The notes: generated from the letters alone by a model not told the origin. 64,000 nucleotides of DNA from Candidatus Gastranaerophilales bacterium (GCA_944323155.1 CALURL010000006.1:21159-85158); one strand, 5' to 3'; positions 7,210 to 18,518 are shown, numbered from the stretch's first letter. A program made the numbers and translations.

Positions 7210-8835
7210 TTATATTCCGCTATTTTTAAACTTTTTCTTCAATAAATTTTTGGCATAATCTATAGCTTGAATTTCTGAGAAAAACACCTTTCCCTCACCG
7301 ATTTGCGAAGTAATATTGTGTTTTTGCAACTGATTGAATATTGTATTATTTTTTATAACTAAAAGTAATTTTATATGCTGCGATTTCAACCGAAATATTA
7401 TGTCTTCTAAAGCAAAAATTGCAGAAATATCAAGTAAGTCCTCACTATCGTAATTGAGTATAAGAAACTTTGTGCCAAGCATTTCATCGAATTTTGAAAT
7501 CAATTGTGTTGCAGAGCCAAAGAAAAATTGACCGTCAATATGCGCAATACGTATTTTGTGCCTAAAATCTCTTTCAACTTCTTTTTCCAGATTCGCAATA
7601 TCGCTGTCATATACTGTTTTATGAATAATTTTTGCTTTATCAGCCACACGTTTAGCATATAACAAAGCAGCCAGAGTAATTCCCGCCCCGACAGCAAATA
7701 TGAGGTTATAAAATACAGTCAGAAAGAAAACAGTAAATAATACATATAAATCGTCCTTTGGCGCAAATTTTATAACTTTTAAGAGTTTTGTATCAATTAT
7801 GTCGTAACCAATTTTAATTAATATTGCAGCAAGAACGGTAAACGGAATTTGGCCGACAAATCCAGAAAGCTTTGACAATAAAATTAATAGAATTGCAGGC
7901 GTAACAATAGCCGCGAATTTCGTTGTAGCACCTGCATTAATCGCTGCAACACTTCTCATTGTAGCAGCAGTACCCGGAAGCGAACCTGTTATGGCGCAAA
8001 AAAGATTCCCAAGCCCTTGAGATGCCAGCAAAACTTTTGGATTATGCCTTGTTTTTGTCAATGCATCTGAAACCAAACCAGTTAACATGCTTTCAGAAGA
8101 AAGAACTATTGCAATAGTCAAAGACATTGGCAAAAACTTAACCATTTGAGAAATATCTACAGATTTAAACATTAAAGTCGGGAAAGAAAATGTTACATTA
8201 CAAATTCTATCTACCGGAAGATTTAGTTTTATTGAAATCAAAGTTCCGACAACAAGCCCAATTATCTGCGATGGAATAACTTTATTTATACTTTTCGGCG
8301 TGAAAAATACTATAATTAAAGTCATAAGCCCAAGTATAAAAGATTCAGGCTGGATAGCATGCAAATTTGCAATAAAAGAATTTATGCTCAAAACAGAGGA
8401 TGAATAAGCCTTATACCCAATAAGCGGATTAAGCTGCATCAAAATTATTACGAATCCAACACCGTTCATAAAACCGGAAATAACAGGATACGGAACATAT
8501 TTAACCATATCAGGCAAATTAGTCAAAGACGCAGCCAGCTGCAAAATCGCAGCCATTAAAATAATTGTAATAGCAGTATTAATATCATACCCTATAGCAA
8601 TCATAATACTTGCAAGTACAATGGCAACCGGCCCTGTTGCACCGGATATTAAAGGCGTTTTAGGACCTGTTATACCTGCTATAAAAGATAGAATAATAGC
8701 ACCCCAAATTCCTGCGCTTGCACCGAATCCTGTTGCAACACCAAAAGCCAGAGCCTGTGGCAAAGTTACTACAGCAGCATTCAATCCGCCAAGAATATCG
8801 CCAGAAATAGCTTTCAACCGTGAACTAATATCCAT
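7210..8835 (-). CDS. SulP family inorganic anion transporter with C-terminal STAS domain
   Basis: 541 aa. Multi-pass membrane region with typical SulP N-terminus (DILGGLNAAVVTLPQALAFGVATG) and a C-terminal STAS-like region (HIDGQFFFGSA...). Confidence 0.85.
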   Translation of the reverse strand: MDISSRLKAISGDILGGLNAAVVTLPQALAFGVATGFGASAGIWGAIILSFIAGITGPKTPLISGATGPVAIVLASIMIAIGYDINTAITIILMAAILQLAASLTNLPDMVKYVPYPVISGFMNGVGFVIILMQLNPLIGYKAYSSSVLSINSFIANLHAIQPESFILGLMTLIIVFFTPKSINKVIPSQIIGLVVGTLISIKLNLPVDRICNVTFSFPTLMFKSVDISQMVKFLPMSLTIAIVLSSESMLTGLVSDALTKTRHNPKVLLASQGLGNLFCAITGSLPGTAATMRSVAAINAGATTKFAAIVTPAILLILLSKLSGFVGQIPFTVLAAILIKIGYDIIDTKLLKVIKFAPKDDLYVLFTVFFLTVFYNLIFAVGAGITLAALLYAKRVADKAKIIHKTVYDSDIANLEKEVERDFRHKIRIAHIDGQFFFGSATQLISKFDEMLGTKFLILNYDSEDLLDISAIFALEDIIFRLKSQHIKLLLVIKNNTIFNQLQKHNITSQIGEGKVFFSEIQAIDYAKNLLKKKFKNSGI

Positions 8836-8872
8836 AAATGTATTTTATACAAAAAATATGTATTTTCAAATA

Positions 8873-9732
8873 CTAATACGGACTTTCATAATCATCAAAA
8901 GTATATTTTCTATTACAAAAGCTTTGATTACCCTTTACGCATTTTAAATAATCAAGATTTTCTTCCTGTAACACCCACGCAGAACAGCCACTGCCATTCC
9001 ACCAGCCATCTGCTCCAGTATCAGATGCAGGATTACACTGCTTGTAAGTAGAATGAGCTCCTGAACCGCCGCGGGGAATAATCCTGTTTCGTCCAACCTG
9101 AAATGTAAATGTGTCTACTCCCCAGCGATTTGGCCCTCTATTACCGTTTATATCGACATCAATATTAAAACAGTAATTATTACCTGAAAAAATGCCGCAC
9201 ATATTATCTTTTGCAGAACTAGCAGAGATTTGGTGGCCAAAACCGTAGACTATACCGTCTGCTGAAATTAAAGATGCACGGCTTCCGATTTCATCTACAT
9301 TATTATTAAGCAAATCTTTTCTCGCATCTTTTTGAAAACACTTGCCGCTATTGTTTTCATCAGGTGTACACACGCGCACATTTTTGATATATTTACTAAA
9401 CAAAATTGCGACATCATCCCAGGAATCATTTTCTAATGAAGGTAAAGACCAGTCTGATGGTTCGCCATAATCGTTCAGCATCATTGTATAGGCATTCGAT
9501 ATAGTTGAATATGCTTTTTTCAAACGAACAACTGTTTCTTTTTCCCTATGATTGGCAATTAAATTAGGCAATGTCAAAGCTGCGACAATGCCAATTATCC
9601 CTAAAGTAATTAAGACCTCTGCAAGGGTAAAGGCGGATTTTCTCGGTTTGCCAGACTCAATATAAGAGGTAAAATGGCCCTCTACGCGGCGCTTGCCCCC
9701 CCCCCGACAAGCTTTTTAAACAATCTTTTCAT
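8873..9732 (-). CDS. Prepilin-type protein, phase-variable leader; out of frame at G10; start overlaps murG stop
   Basis: ATG 9732 overlaps the murG TGA (ATGA). Reads MKRLFKKLV+G10 then GCA AGC GCC GCG TAG. G11 would give MKRLFKKLVGGGGKRRVEGHFTSYIESGKPRKSA|FTLAEVLITLGIIGIVAALTLPNLIANH..., joining track ORF 8873..9577 (155 nt offset, mod 3 = 2). Contains IDVDINGNRGPNRWGVDTFTF. Confidence 0.8.
9696..9705 (-). repeat. G10 homopolymer at codon 10 of pilin-like gene (off frame)
   Basis: 5+5 C counted on the plus strand. Confidence 0.9.
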
Positions 9733-10937
9733 AACTTTAAATCTCCTTCTTTTACATTCTTTGCATTTTTATCATAACAGAGTTTTCCTGTTCCTGCAAT
9801 AGATTTCAATTGTGCAACTATTTTATCTGTACTATCAAATTTTGCAAGAGATAACGAATTAGCCTGAATTTCTTTCAAGCGTTCTTGTGAATTTATAAGA
9901 GTTTTTAACATATCTAAAAGGCACTGAGGACTAATTTCACTATCTTCTATATAAAGTCCAGCACTTTTTTCTAACATATATTTTGCATTCTTACGCTGAT
10001 GATCAGCTGCAGCATGAGGATATGGAACAAATATTGAAGCAATTCCACAAGCACAAATTTCTGAAATACTCAAAGAGCCTGAACGCGAAACAGCAATATC
10101 ACTAGCTTTCAAAACAGTAACCATATCTTCAAAATAAGGTTTTATTATGATGTTTCTATCACTCTCATAAGACGGATAAAGAGTTAAAAGCTGTTCAATA
10201 ACATATTCAAAATTTTTCTTGCCTGTTTGAAATATTATCTGAACATTATAATCAAGAGATAGAGTTTTTAATATTTCTACAGCAGAGTCATTAATTGAAC
10301 GAGCCCCCTGAGAACCACCCATAACACATAAAGTCAGCTTATTTTCTAAGCCGAGTAACCTTCTAGCCTCTGCTTTTGTTAAAGTTTTAAACCTTTCTCT
10401 AATTGGATTTCCATTAATTACACAATTTTTGTTCTTTATGAATTTTGCAGCACTTTCAAATGCAAGTGAAACATATTTTGCGTTGTCCGAAATATTCCGT
10501 GTTACCAGCCCTGGCTGCGCATCGCAATCATGCATCATATATGGAATTGATTTGATATTTAGTTTAAGAAGGGTATTACAAGCGAATAATATAGGTGCTG
10601 ATACGTAACCGCCAGTTCCAAAGACTGCATCAGGCTTATATTTTAACAAATATCCACAGCATTTTAACCAAGAATAACCTAATTGAAAAGCCCATCTTAT
10701 TAAGTCAAAACTAATTTTTCTAGGCATTCCATGAATATCAACAGGCAGAAATTTGTAACCTTTTTGCTTAACTACATCATATTCCAAATTCTTTGGATTA
10801 CCTATATAATATAATTCTTTAGTACTTTCATCGCTTAATAAAGCATCAGCAACCGCAACTGCAGGATAAATATGTCCGCCGGTTCCTCCGCCTGTTATAA
10901 AATATGTATATTTTTTCTCTGCTGATGACTTAGACAT
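9729..10937 (-). CDS. murG: UDP-N-acetylglucosamine--N-acetylmuramyl-(pentapeptide) pyrophosphoryl-undecaprenol GlcNAc transferase
   Basis: GGGTGGHIYPAVAVA N-terminal motif, GT28 layout, position in the dcw cluster. Confidence 0.9.
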   Translation of the reverse strand: MSKSSAEKKYTYFITGGGTGGHIYPAVAVADALLSDESTKELYYIGNPKNLEYDVVKQKGYKFLPVDIHGMPRKISFDLIRWAFQLGYSWLKCCGYLLKYKPDAVFGTGGYVSAPILFACNTLLKLNIKSIPYMMHDCDAQPGLVTRNISDNAKYVSLAFESAAKFIKNKNCVINGNPIRERFKTLTKAEARRLLGLENKLTLCVMGGSQGARSINDSAVEILKTLSLDYNVQIIFQTGKKNFEYVIEQLLTLYPSYESDRNIIIKPYFEDMVTVLKASDIAVSRSGSLSISEICACGIASIFVPYPHAAADHQRKNAKYMLEKSAGLYIEDSEISPQCLLDMLKTLINSQERLKEIQANSLSLAKFDSTDKIVAQLKSIAGTGKLCYDKNAKNVKEGDLKL

Positions 10938-12132
10938 TACCGCGATTCCTTATTTTTTTTATTCGTTTTTTAGATATATTTAAAAGAATTCCAACCATAA
11001 TCAGTGAAACTATTAAAGATGATCCTCCATAACTTATAAATGGCAAAGGAACTCCAGTTGTCGGCAGGAATGAGCTTGCAACACTCATATTCATAAATGC
11101 CTGAAAACCTATAGAAAAAGTAATACCAACAGCCAAGAGTTTTCCATACATATCAGGACATCTAGCGGCAATCAAAAGACCTCTATATATAAATGTAAAA
11201 AATAATCCAATTATCAATATACAACCAACATATCCTAATTCTTCAGCGATAATTGCAAAAATAAAGTCAGTATGACATTCCGGCAAATACGAAAGTTTTT
11301 GAATAGATCCGCCGTAACCAACACCGCTGAAACCTCCAGATGCAAAGGCAATTAAAGATTGAATAATATTATACCCGGCTCCCAATGGATCAAGTTCCGG
11401 GTTCTGCCATGTTTTAATACGCTGCAATTGATAAGGTTTTATAATTGTTGCAGCGGCAACAACAACAGTTGCAACCATTGCACTAACAAACCCTACAAAT
11501 AACTTCATAGAACCGCCGGCAGCCAAATACATTACAATTGTCGTTGTCCCGAGAAGAATTACCATACTTAAATTCGGCTGTATAAATATCAAACCAGCCA
11601 TTATTATTATTGGAATAAATGCCTTAATCCATTTATCTTGATCAAACAGATTTGCGTCATTTCGCATTGCTCCTGCCAAAAGTAAAACAACTGCAGGTTT
11701 AGCAAATTCAGATGGCTGCAATTGAAATCCAGCAATATTTATCCAGCGTTTTGCTCCGTTAACGACAACACCAAGAGGAGTAAAATCTACAAGGAATAAG
11801 GATAATAAAATTCCTATCATTACAATAACATTCCAGCTTGCCAGCTTTTTGTAATCATAATTCATAAAAAATTTCATTGCAAAAAAACCAACAACAAAAC
11901 AAATTACCTGTTTAAACAGGAATTGAGCAGGGTTTCCGCCGTCATCAAGACACTTCGGAGCTGTAGCCGAAAAAATTGCCAAAAAACCTATTATGACAAG
12001 AAAGGCTACCACAATCAACAAAGTTTTATCAGGAGCCGATACGATAATACTTTGAATTGGCTGCTCTTCGTAAGGATTTCTGCCCCCGCGTTCTCTATAC
12101 ATTCTATCTGGCATTGGTCTTTGATAAGACAT
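10930..12132 (-). CDS. ftsW: SEDS family peptidoglycan glycosyltransferase (FtsW/RodA), FtsW by dcw context
   Basis: Multi-pass membrane protein ending ..PFISYGGSSL... Track ORF starts at 12189 but overlaps murD by 86 nt. Internal ATGs at 12132, 12114 and 12102 are more plausible, so the start is uncertain. Confidence 0.85.
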   Translation of the reverse strand: MSYQRPMPDRMYRERGGRNPYEEQPIQSIIVSAPDKTLLIVVAFLVIIGFLAIFSATAPKCLDDGGNPAQFLFKQVICFVVGFFAMKFFMNYDYKKLASWNVIVMIGILLSLFLVDFTPLGVVVNGAKRWINIAGFQLQPSEFAKPAVVLLLAGAMRNDANLFDQDKWIKAFIPIIIMAGLIFIQPNLSMVILLGTTTIVMYLAAGGSMKLFVGFVSAMVATVVVAAATIIKPYQLQRIKTWQNPELDPLGAGYNIIQSLIAFASGGFSGVGYGGSIQKLSYLPECHTDFIFAIIAEELGYVGCILIIGLFFTFIYRGLLIAARCPDMYGKLLAVGITFSIGFQAFMNMSVASSFLPTTGVPLPFISYGGSSLIVSLIMVGILLNISKKRIKKIRNRGNV

Positions 12133-13477
12133 ATTCCTTAAACACCCTTCCTCTTTCTTCGTATCCACTGAACATATCAAAACTTGCACATGCCGGTGAC
12201 AACAATACTACATCTGGTTTCAAACCTATTGCTTTATCAATAGCATCTTCCATTGAATTTTCTCTTATTATATTTTCAAAACCATTTTTTCTTAATTCTT
12301 GTTCAAACCTGTCAGCGGCTTCTCCTATCAGAATAACATCTTTAATATGCTTTTTACAGGCTTGCGCAAATTCTGTCAAATCCGTATTTTTGTCACGTCC
12401 GCCTGCAATTAAAACAACATTTTCATCTATAAAAGAACGAATTGCAACCAGTGAAGCTTCTGGATTTGTTGCTTTTGAATCATTATAAAATGTAATCCCG
12501 TTGAACTGCGCAAAATTTTCTAATCTATGCTCCGGTACTTTAAAAGACATTATAGCTTTTTTAATGTTATCATTACTGATACCCACAAGTTTTGCACAAA
12601 TTACAGAACACATAATATTTTGATAATTATGCTCTCCGATTAGCGGACACTCGTTTAACTCAATAATTTTTTCTTCTTTGCCATTACGTTTAAAATAAAT
12701 TGCGCCATCATTTTCATAACAGCAATTATCCCCGATATCACCGGCAAACATAAACACCGTGCCGTCACAAATCTTTGAAAATTCTAAAAGCTTTTCGTCT
12801 TTTGCATTCAAAATAGAAAAAGCAGGAGCCTGCGGCATTTTAAAAATTCTTGCCTTTGCATTAAAGTAATTTTCTAACCCTTTATGCCAGTCAATATGAT
12901 CAGGAGTAAAGTTTGTCCAAACAGAAATTTGAGGAGTGAATGAAGGGCTGTATTCCAATTGAAAAGAACTGCATTCGCAAACAAAATAATCTATTTCTTC
13001 ATTTAGCAAATCACAAGGCGGCTTACCGTAATTCCCGCAAGGAACAGCTTTATATTCCTCTGATAATATATGAGAAGTCAAAGCAGTTGTTGTTGTTTTT
13101 CCGTTAGTTCCTGTTATTGCAATAAACGGGATTCCTGTTTGTGTGTATGCAAGTTCAATTTCAGAAATCACCTGAATCTTTTCACTCTTTAGTCTTTGCA
13201 TAATTTCACTATTAGGCGGAATTCCAGGGCTTGTAACTGCGATATATGAATCTTTTATAAATTCATCTGAATGTCCGCCAGTTTCAACATTTATACCTAA
13301 AGATTTTAATTCCTTAATTTTTTCAGAATCCTGTTCTTTTGCTTCCCTGCTTTCTGAAAGATAAACATCAGCACCTGCAGAGTTTAAATATTTTGCAGCA
13401 GATATTCCGCTTTTGGATAAACCCAATACAAGAACTTTTTTATCAAAGAGTTTTAAAGACGGACATAATGATTTCAT
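12104..13477 (-). CDS. murD: UDP-N-acetylmuramoylalanine--D-glutamate ligase
   Basis: Mur ligase motifs ITGTNGKTTT, plus N-terminal Rossmann VLGLSKSGISAA; dcw context. Confidence 0.9.
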   Translation of the reverse strand: MKSLCPSLKLFDKKVLVLGLSKSGISAAKYLNSAGADVYLSESREAKEQDSEKIKELKSLGINVETGGHSDEFIKDSYIAVTSPGIPPNSEIMQRLKSEKIQVISEIELAYTQTGIPFIAITGTNGKTTTTALTSHILSEEYKAVPCGNYGKPPCDLLNEEIDYFVCECSSFQLEYSPSFTPQISVWTNFTPDHIDWHKGLENYFNAKARIFKMPQAPAFSILNAKDEKLLEFSKICDGTVFMFAGDIGDNCCYENDGAIYFKRNGKEEKIIELNECPLIGEHNYQNIMCSVICAKLVGISNDNIKKAIMSFKVPEHRLENFAQFNGITFYNDSKATNPEASLVAIRSFIDENVVLIAGGRDKNTDLTEFAQACKKHIKDVILIGEAADRFEQELRKNGFENIIRENSMEDAIDKAIGLKPDVVLLSPACASFDMFSGYEERGRVFKEYVLSKTNAR

Positions 13478-13478
13478 A

Positions 13479-14450
13479 TTACAAAATTCCTTTTATATTT
13501 AATACAACAGCAGTTACGGCTAATATTGCGGATACTACTGCAAAAACAGTAACAATTTTTTTCTCGCACCAGCCGCATAACTCAAAATGATGGTGAATAG
13601 GAGCCATTTTAAAAACTCTCTTTCCTGTAGTTTTAAAACTAGCTACCTGAATAATAACGGAAAGAGTTTCCGCAACAAACACAGCACCAATCACAATAAG
13701 TAAAAATTCAAACTTACCCATAACAGCAAGAGTTCCCAAAAGTCCACCAAGAGCGAGAGAACCGGTATCACCCATAAACACTTCTGCCTTGGGTTTATTA
13801 TACTTTAAGAATCCAAGCAATGCCCCTGCAACTGTTGCAGAAATTATTGCTGCTTCGGCTGTACCATGGATTAAAGCGACAATAGCACAAGCCGCAAATG
13901 CAAAAATTCCTGTTGAAGCTGCAAGCCCGTCTAAACCGTCAGTTAAGTTATAAGCATTTGACGCCCCTGTTATAACAAATACCGCAAAAACAGGATAGAA
14001 CCAGCCCATATGCAAAACAAAATTACCAATATAAACATCTGTGGCAGAAGTATCAGCCATCATCATATATAAAGTCGGCAAAAGTGCGATTGCAATCTGT
14101 CTTAAAAGCTTTCCGCGAGCCGTTAAACCATCGTTGCCTTTTCCTTTAATTTTTATATAATCATCCTGAAATCCGGCAAAAGTATAAAATAATAAAGTTA
14201 GTAATATAATAAAAGCTTCAGTGCTAAGTCTCTGCGCCAATGCAAGCACAATTACAGATGCCATAATAATCGCTAAGATTATAAATACACCACCTGTCGT
14301 CGGAGTTCCCTGTTTTTTAGCATGAGCTTCAGGTGCACAATCCTTAACATATTGCCCTATCATCTTTTTTCTCAAAAAATCTATATAAGGAACGCCAAAC
14401 AAAAGGCATAAAATCATCCCTAACAAAAATGCAACAGCAAGCATTATCAT
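13479..14450 (-). CDS. mraY: Phospho-N-acetylmuramoyl-pentapeptide transferase
   Basis: 323 aa membrane protein with NAYNLTDGLDGLA and MGDTGSLALGG motifs. Confidence 0.92.
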   Translation of the reverse strand: MIMLAVAFLLGMILCLLFGVPYIDFLRKKMIGQYVKDCAPEAHAKKQGTPTTGGVFIILAIIMASVIVLALAQRLSTEAFIILLTLLFYTFAGFQDDYIKIKGKGNDGLTARGKLLRQIAIALLPTLYMMMADTSATDVYIGNFVLHMGWFYPVFAVFVITGASNAYNLTDGLDGLAASTGIFAFAACAIVALIHGTAEAAIISATVAGALLGFLKYNKPKAEVFMGDTGSLALGGLLGTLAVMGKFEFLLIVIGAVFVAETLSVIIQVASFKTTGKRVFKMAPIHHHFELCGWCEKKIVTVFAVVSAILAVTAVVLNIKGIL

Positions 14451-15793
14451 AACGAATTTTCTCCCTTAAGGTTATTTATAATTTCTTCAAACTTCATTGA
14501 ACGAGAAGCCTTTAAGAATATTGTAGTACCGACATCCAGTTTATCAAGAATGTAAAGCGCAACATCTTTATTATTATCAAAATAAACAGTGTTAATTCCT
14601 GATTTTTCTAACTCTTTACCGATTTCAGCCGCGAGATTTCCAACAACAAGAAATTTTACATTATTAATATTTTTAGCTTTTTGAGCCAGATATCTGCCGA
14701 CTTCTCTATGAAATTCAATCTCATCTTTCCCAAGTTCTCCCATATCACCGAGAACAACAACCGGATTTTTATATAATTCCAAAAACGTTGAAACAGAGGC
14801 TTTCATGGATTCAGGATTGGCATTGTAGCTGTCGTTAATAATATTAAAACCTCTAATACATTCACTTTCCCAGCGTTTTTCTATCGGCTTATACGCACCC
14901 AACCCTTTTTTAACTTCTTCATAGCTCATTCCAAGTTTGTAGCCAAGTTCAATTGCGGCAAGAGAATTTTCTATATTATAATCACCTTCAACGTTTAACT
15001 CATATTCTTTATTTTTGTAAACAAAGCGAGAATATGAGCATGATTTTTCTAAAACATTTACATCGCTAAACGAATAAAATATTTTCTCACCGCTATAATT
15101 AACAAACTTTTTAATTCTTTCTGAATTATTAGCAATCAAAGCGCCTTTATTGCTCAATGATTTTGTAACCTCGCATTTAGCAATAGCAATATTATCAAGA
15201 CTTCCAAGGCGCCCGATATGCGCAGAGCCAACATTAGTAATAATCGCATAATCAGGTTTTGAATACTTTGACAAAAGCTCAATTTCACCAAGCCCGCGCA
15301 TCCCCATTTCTACAATCAAAACTTCAGTTTCATCAGGCATTGAAAGAATTGTCTGACAAAGTCCGATTTCATTGTTATGATTTAGAGGAGTCTTGTGGGT
15401 TTTAAATTTTTCAGAAATCACCGAATAAACCATTTCTTTAGTCGTGGTCTTTCCGGAACTTCCGGTAATGGCAACAGTCTTAGGGTTTAGTTTTTCTCTT
15501 GTATAAAGCGCTAGTTCTAAGTATGCTGTCAATGTATTTTTTACTTTAAAAACAAATCTGGCATTTTCAGGGTAATTATCAGTTGTAACAAAACACCCTG
15601 CAGCCCCCTTATCAATAGCCTCCTGACAGAATTTTTCGCCGTCAAAATTAGCACCCTTTAGCGGTAAATAAATATCTCCGCTCTTTATTGTTCTTGTATC
15701 AGTTGAAATGCAATAACCTCCTGCTAAATTAACATCTTCAACTAAACATTCCAGCTTGCAAGCCTTTTTAATCTCATCCAATTTAAACATCAT
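14447..15793 (-). CDS. murF: UDP-N-acetylmuramoyl-tripeptide--D-alanyl-D-alanine ligase
   Basis: Mur ligase P-loop ITGSSGKTTTKEM, DSYNANPESM motif, first gene of the dcw string. Confidence 0.9.
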   Translation of the reverse strand: MMFKLDEIKKACKLECLVEDVNLAGGYCISTDTRTIKSGDIYLPLKGANFDGEKFCQEAIDKGAAGCFVTTDNYPENARFVFKVKNTLTAYLELALYTREKLNPKTVAITGSSGKTTTKEMVYSVISEKFKTHKTPLNHNNEIGLCQTILSMPDETEVLIVEMGMRGLGEIELLSKYSKPDYAIITNVGSAHIGRLGSLDNIAIAKCEVTKSLSNKGALIANNSERIKKFVNYSGEKIFYSFSDVNVLEKSCSYSRFVYKNKEYELNVEGDYNIENSLAAIELGYKLGMSYEEVKKGLGAYKPIEKRWESECIRGFNIINDSYNANPESMKASVSTFLELYKNPVVVLGDMGELGKDEIEFHREVGRYLAQKAKNINNVKFLVVGNLAAEIGKELEKSGINTVYFDNNKDVALYILDKLDVGTTIFLKASRSMKFEEIINNLKGENSL

Positions 15794-15892
15794 TGCTCTA
15801 AATCACACCACCATTTTATATGAAACTATGTCAATAATAATTTTACTGCAAAAAAATACCCTGTAACACAAAGTTAATAAATATTAAAACTA

Positions 15893-15921
15893 CTTGACAT
15901 GCCGATAAGACTGATGAATAA
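15893..15921 (+). promoter_or_regulatory. Candidate promoter TTGACA-N17-AATAAT for rplU-rpmA
   Basis: TTGACA 15893-15898, 17-nt spacer, AATAAT 15916-15921. Leaves a ~100-nt leader containing an ATTCCG...CGGAAT hairpin. Confidence 0.45.
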
Positions 15922-16023
15922 TAGTATCTGTATTAGTATGCGGTAACTCGTTAATAAATTCCGGAAATATCACTAGCTGTTTGGAAATTCGGAATACGAT
16001 ACCCAAAATGAAAGGAAAAAAGA

Positions 16024-16380
16024 ATGTACGCAATAGTAGAAACAGGTGGTAAACAATACCAGGTTGAAGAAGGACGTTACTTAGATGTAGAATTACTTGA
16101 TGCTGAACAAGATGCAAAAGTAGTTTTTGATAAAGTAGTTATGGTTGTAAACGGTAAAAAATCAAAAGTAGGCCAGCCATACGTTTCAGGTGCTTCTGTA
16201 GAAGGTACTGTTATGAAACATGACAAAGCCAAAAAAATTATCGTTTACAAACAAAGACCTAAAAAAGGTTATAGAAAAAAACAAGGTCACAGGCAACAAT
16301 TTACAAGAGTTATGATTTCAAAAATCAGAACATCTGCTCAAAAGAAAGCCGCTGAAACTGCTGAAACTACAGAAGCATAA
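16024..16380 (+). CDS. rplU: 50S ribosomal protein L21
   Basis: [17 protein letters not shown]... is the canonical L21 N-terminus. Confidence 0.95.
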   Translation: MYAIVETGGKQYQVEEGRYLDVELLDAEQDAKVVFDKVVMVVNGKKSKVGQPYVSGASVEGTVMKHDKAKKIIVYKQRPKKGYRKKQGHRQQFTRVMISKIRTSAQKKAAETAETTEA

Positions 16381-16428
16381 GCGCAAAAATAAATTTGTTA
16401 ACAAGAAAATCAACAAGGAGAAATAAAA

Positions 16429-16686
16429 ATGGCACATAAGAAAGGTATGGGATCAACCCGTAACGGACGTGACAGTGAAGCGAAGCGTTTAGGCGTCAAA
16501 AAATTCGGCGGAGAAACTGTTAAAGCCGGAAATATTATTGTTCGCCAGAGAGGTACAAAAATTCACCCGGGCAATAACGTAGGTATCGGTTCTGATGATA
16601 CTTTATTTGCTCTTATTGACGGAGTTGTGAAATTTGAGCCTCACAGACGTGATAGAAAACAAGTTAGCGTTTACGCTGCACAATAG
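16429..16686 (+). CDS. rpmA: 50S ribosomal protein L27
   Basis: [24 protein letters not shown].. is the canonical L27 sequence. Confidence 0.95.
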   Translation: MAHKKGMGSTRNGRDSEAKRLGVKKFGGETVKAGNIIVRQRGTKIHPGNNVGIGSDDTLFALIDGVVKFEPHRRDRKQVSVYAAQ

Positions 16687-16710
16687 TTTTCACATAAATT
16701 ATAAACAAGA

Positions 16711-16742
16711 AAGACCTGTTTCAAATTAGGAACAGGTCTTTT
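16711..16742 (+). terminator. Rho-independent terminator after rpmA
   Basis: AAGACCTGTT-TCAAATTAGG-AACAGGTCTT followed by TT. Confidence 0.75.
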
Positions 16743-16763
16743 AGTGTTCTTGTGCATTAATTT

Positions 16764-16973
16764 TTAAACTTTAGGAGTTTGAGAATTAATAGCAGCCATT
16801 GCATAACTTGTAGCTGCATCAGCTGCAGCTTTTTCAACAATTTGCGGCGCGATTTCCGGTGTTTGCGTCTGCGGTTGATTTGCAGCAGGCTGCTGTTGAA
16901 CCTGTGCTTGCGGCTGCTGCGGCACTGAAACCGGAATGTTTTGCTGAACTCCTACTGGTGATACTTCTGTCAT
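16764..16973 (-). CDS. Hypothetical small Q/P-rich protein
   Basis: 69-aa ORF with low-complexity QQPQAQVQQQPAANQPQTQTP; weak GAAAGGG RBS. No recognisable domain. Confidence 0.4.
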   Translation of the reverse strand: MTEVSPVGVQQNIPVSVPQQPQAQVQQQPAANQPQTQTPEIAPQIVEKAAADAATSYAMAAINSQTPKV

Positions 16974-17155
16974 AAATTTTTCCCTTTCAACTATACATTA
17001 TTAAATAAAAATTTTTATAATAAGAAATTGACTTTTTATTACAAAAAGCTATAGAATTTTTAACTTTTGTAACAAAGCAAATTAAATTATTAAAGATAAC
17101 TCCCCAAATGACCGATAGAGTATTTGTAATCAGAAGTCTAAGGAGAACTCAATTA

Positions 17156-17311
17156 ATGATAAAAAAGATTGTAACACCTTCGTGTAATATATGCGACAGT
17201 GTGGAATTCATATTAAGAGGAGCAAAGAAACGCCGCAGTATGGCGTTAGCATCAGCAAATATGATTAATTCTGATGCAGGTATTCGGGCAAGACTGCATG
17301 CAGTCAAATAA
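17156..17311 (+). CDS. Hypothetical 51-aa protein (CxxC-containing), or part of a structured RNA
   Basis: AGGAG at 17141-17145, 10 nt before ATG 17156. Encodes MIKKIVTPSCNICDSVEFILRGAKKRRSMALASANMINSDAGIRARLHAVK. Followed by a terminator at 17365. The longer track ORF (17108) has no RBS. Confidence 0.35.
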   Translation: MIKKIVTPSCNICDSVEFILRGAKKRRSMALASANMINSDAGIRARLHAVK

Positions 17312-17364
17312 GTATTTAGTATAGTGCTTATTGTTTAGTAAAGATTAGAGAGTTTATATTAAAA

Positions 17365-17393
17365 AAGGCTGACAAATGTCAGCCTTAATTTTT
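17365..17393 (+). terminator. Rho-independent terminator
   Basis: AAGGCTGAC-AAAT-GTCAGCCTT followed by AATTTTT. Confidence 0.7.
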
Positions 17394-17438
17394 ATTATAT
17401 TTCTTTATTATAACATTACTTTTTACATTTGCAATTAA

Positions 17439-18518
<1,080 letters not shown>

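Noticed and set aside
12057-12488. 143-aa antisense ORF, and many similar 60-130-aa ORFs nested in or antisense to long genes (e.g. 22588..22968, 31000..31353, 49082..49420, 8621..8947)
   Set aside because: They lie wholly inside well-supported conserved genes on the opposite strand or in another frame, have low-complexity AT-codon composition, and have no RBS. Judged to be chance ORFs typical of AT-rich DNA.
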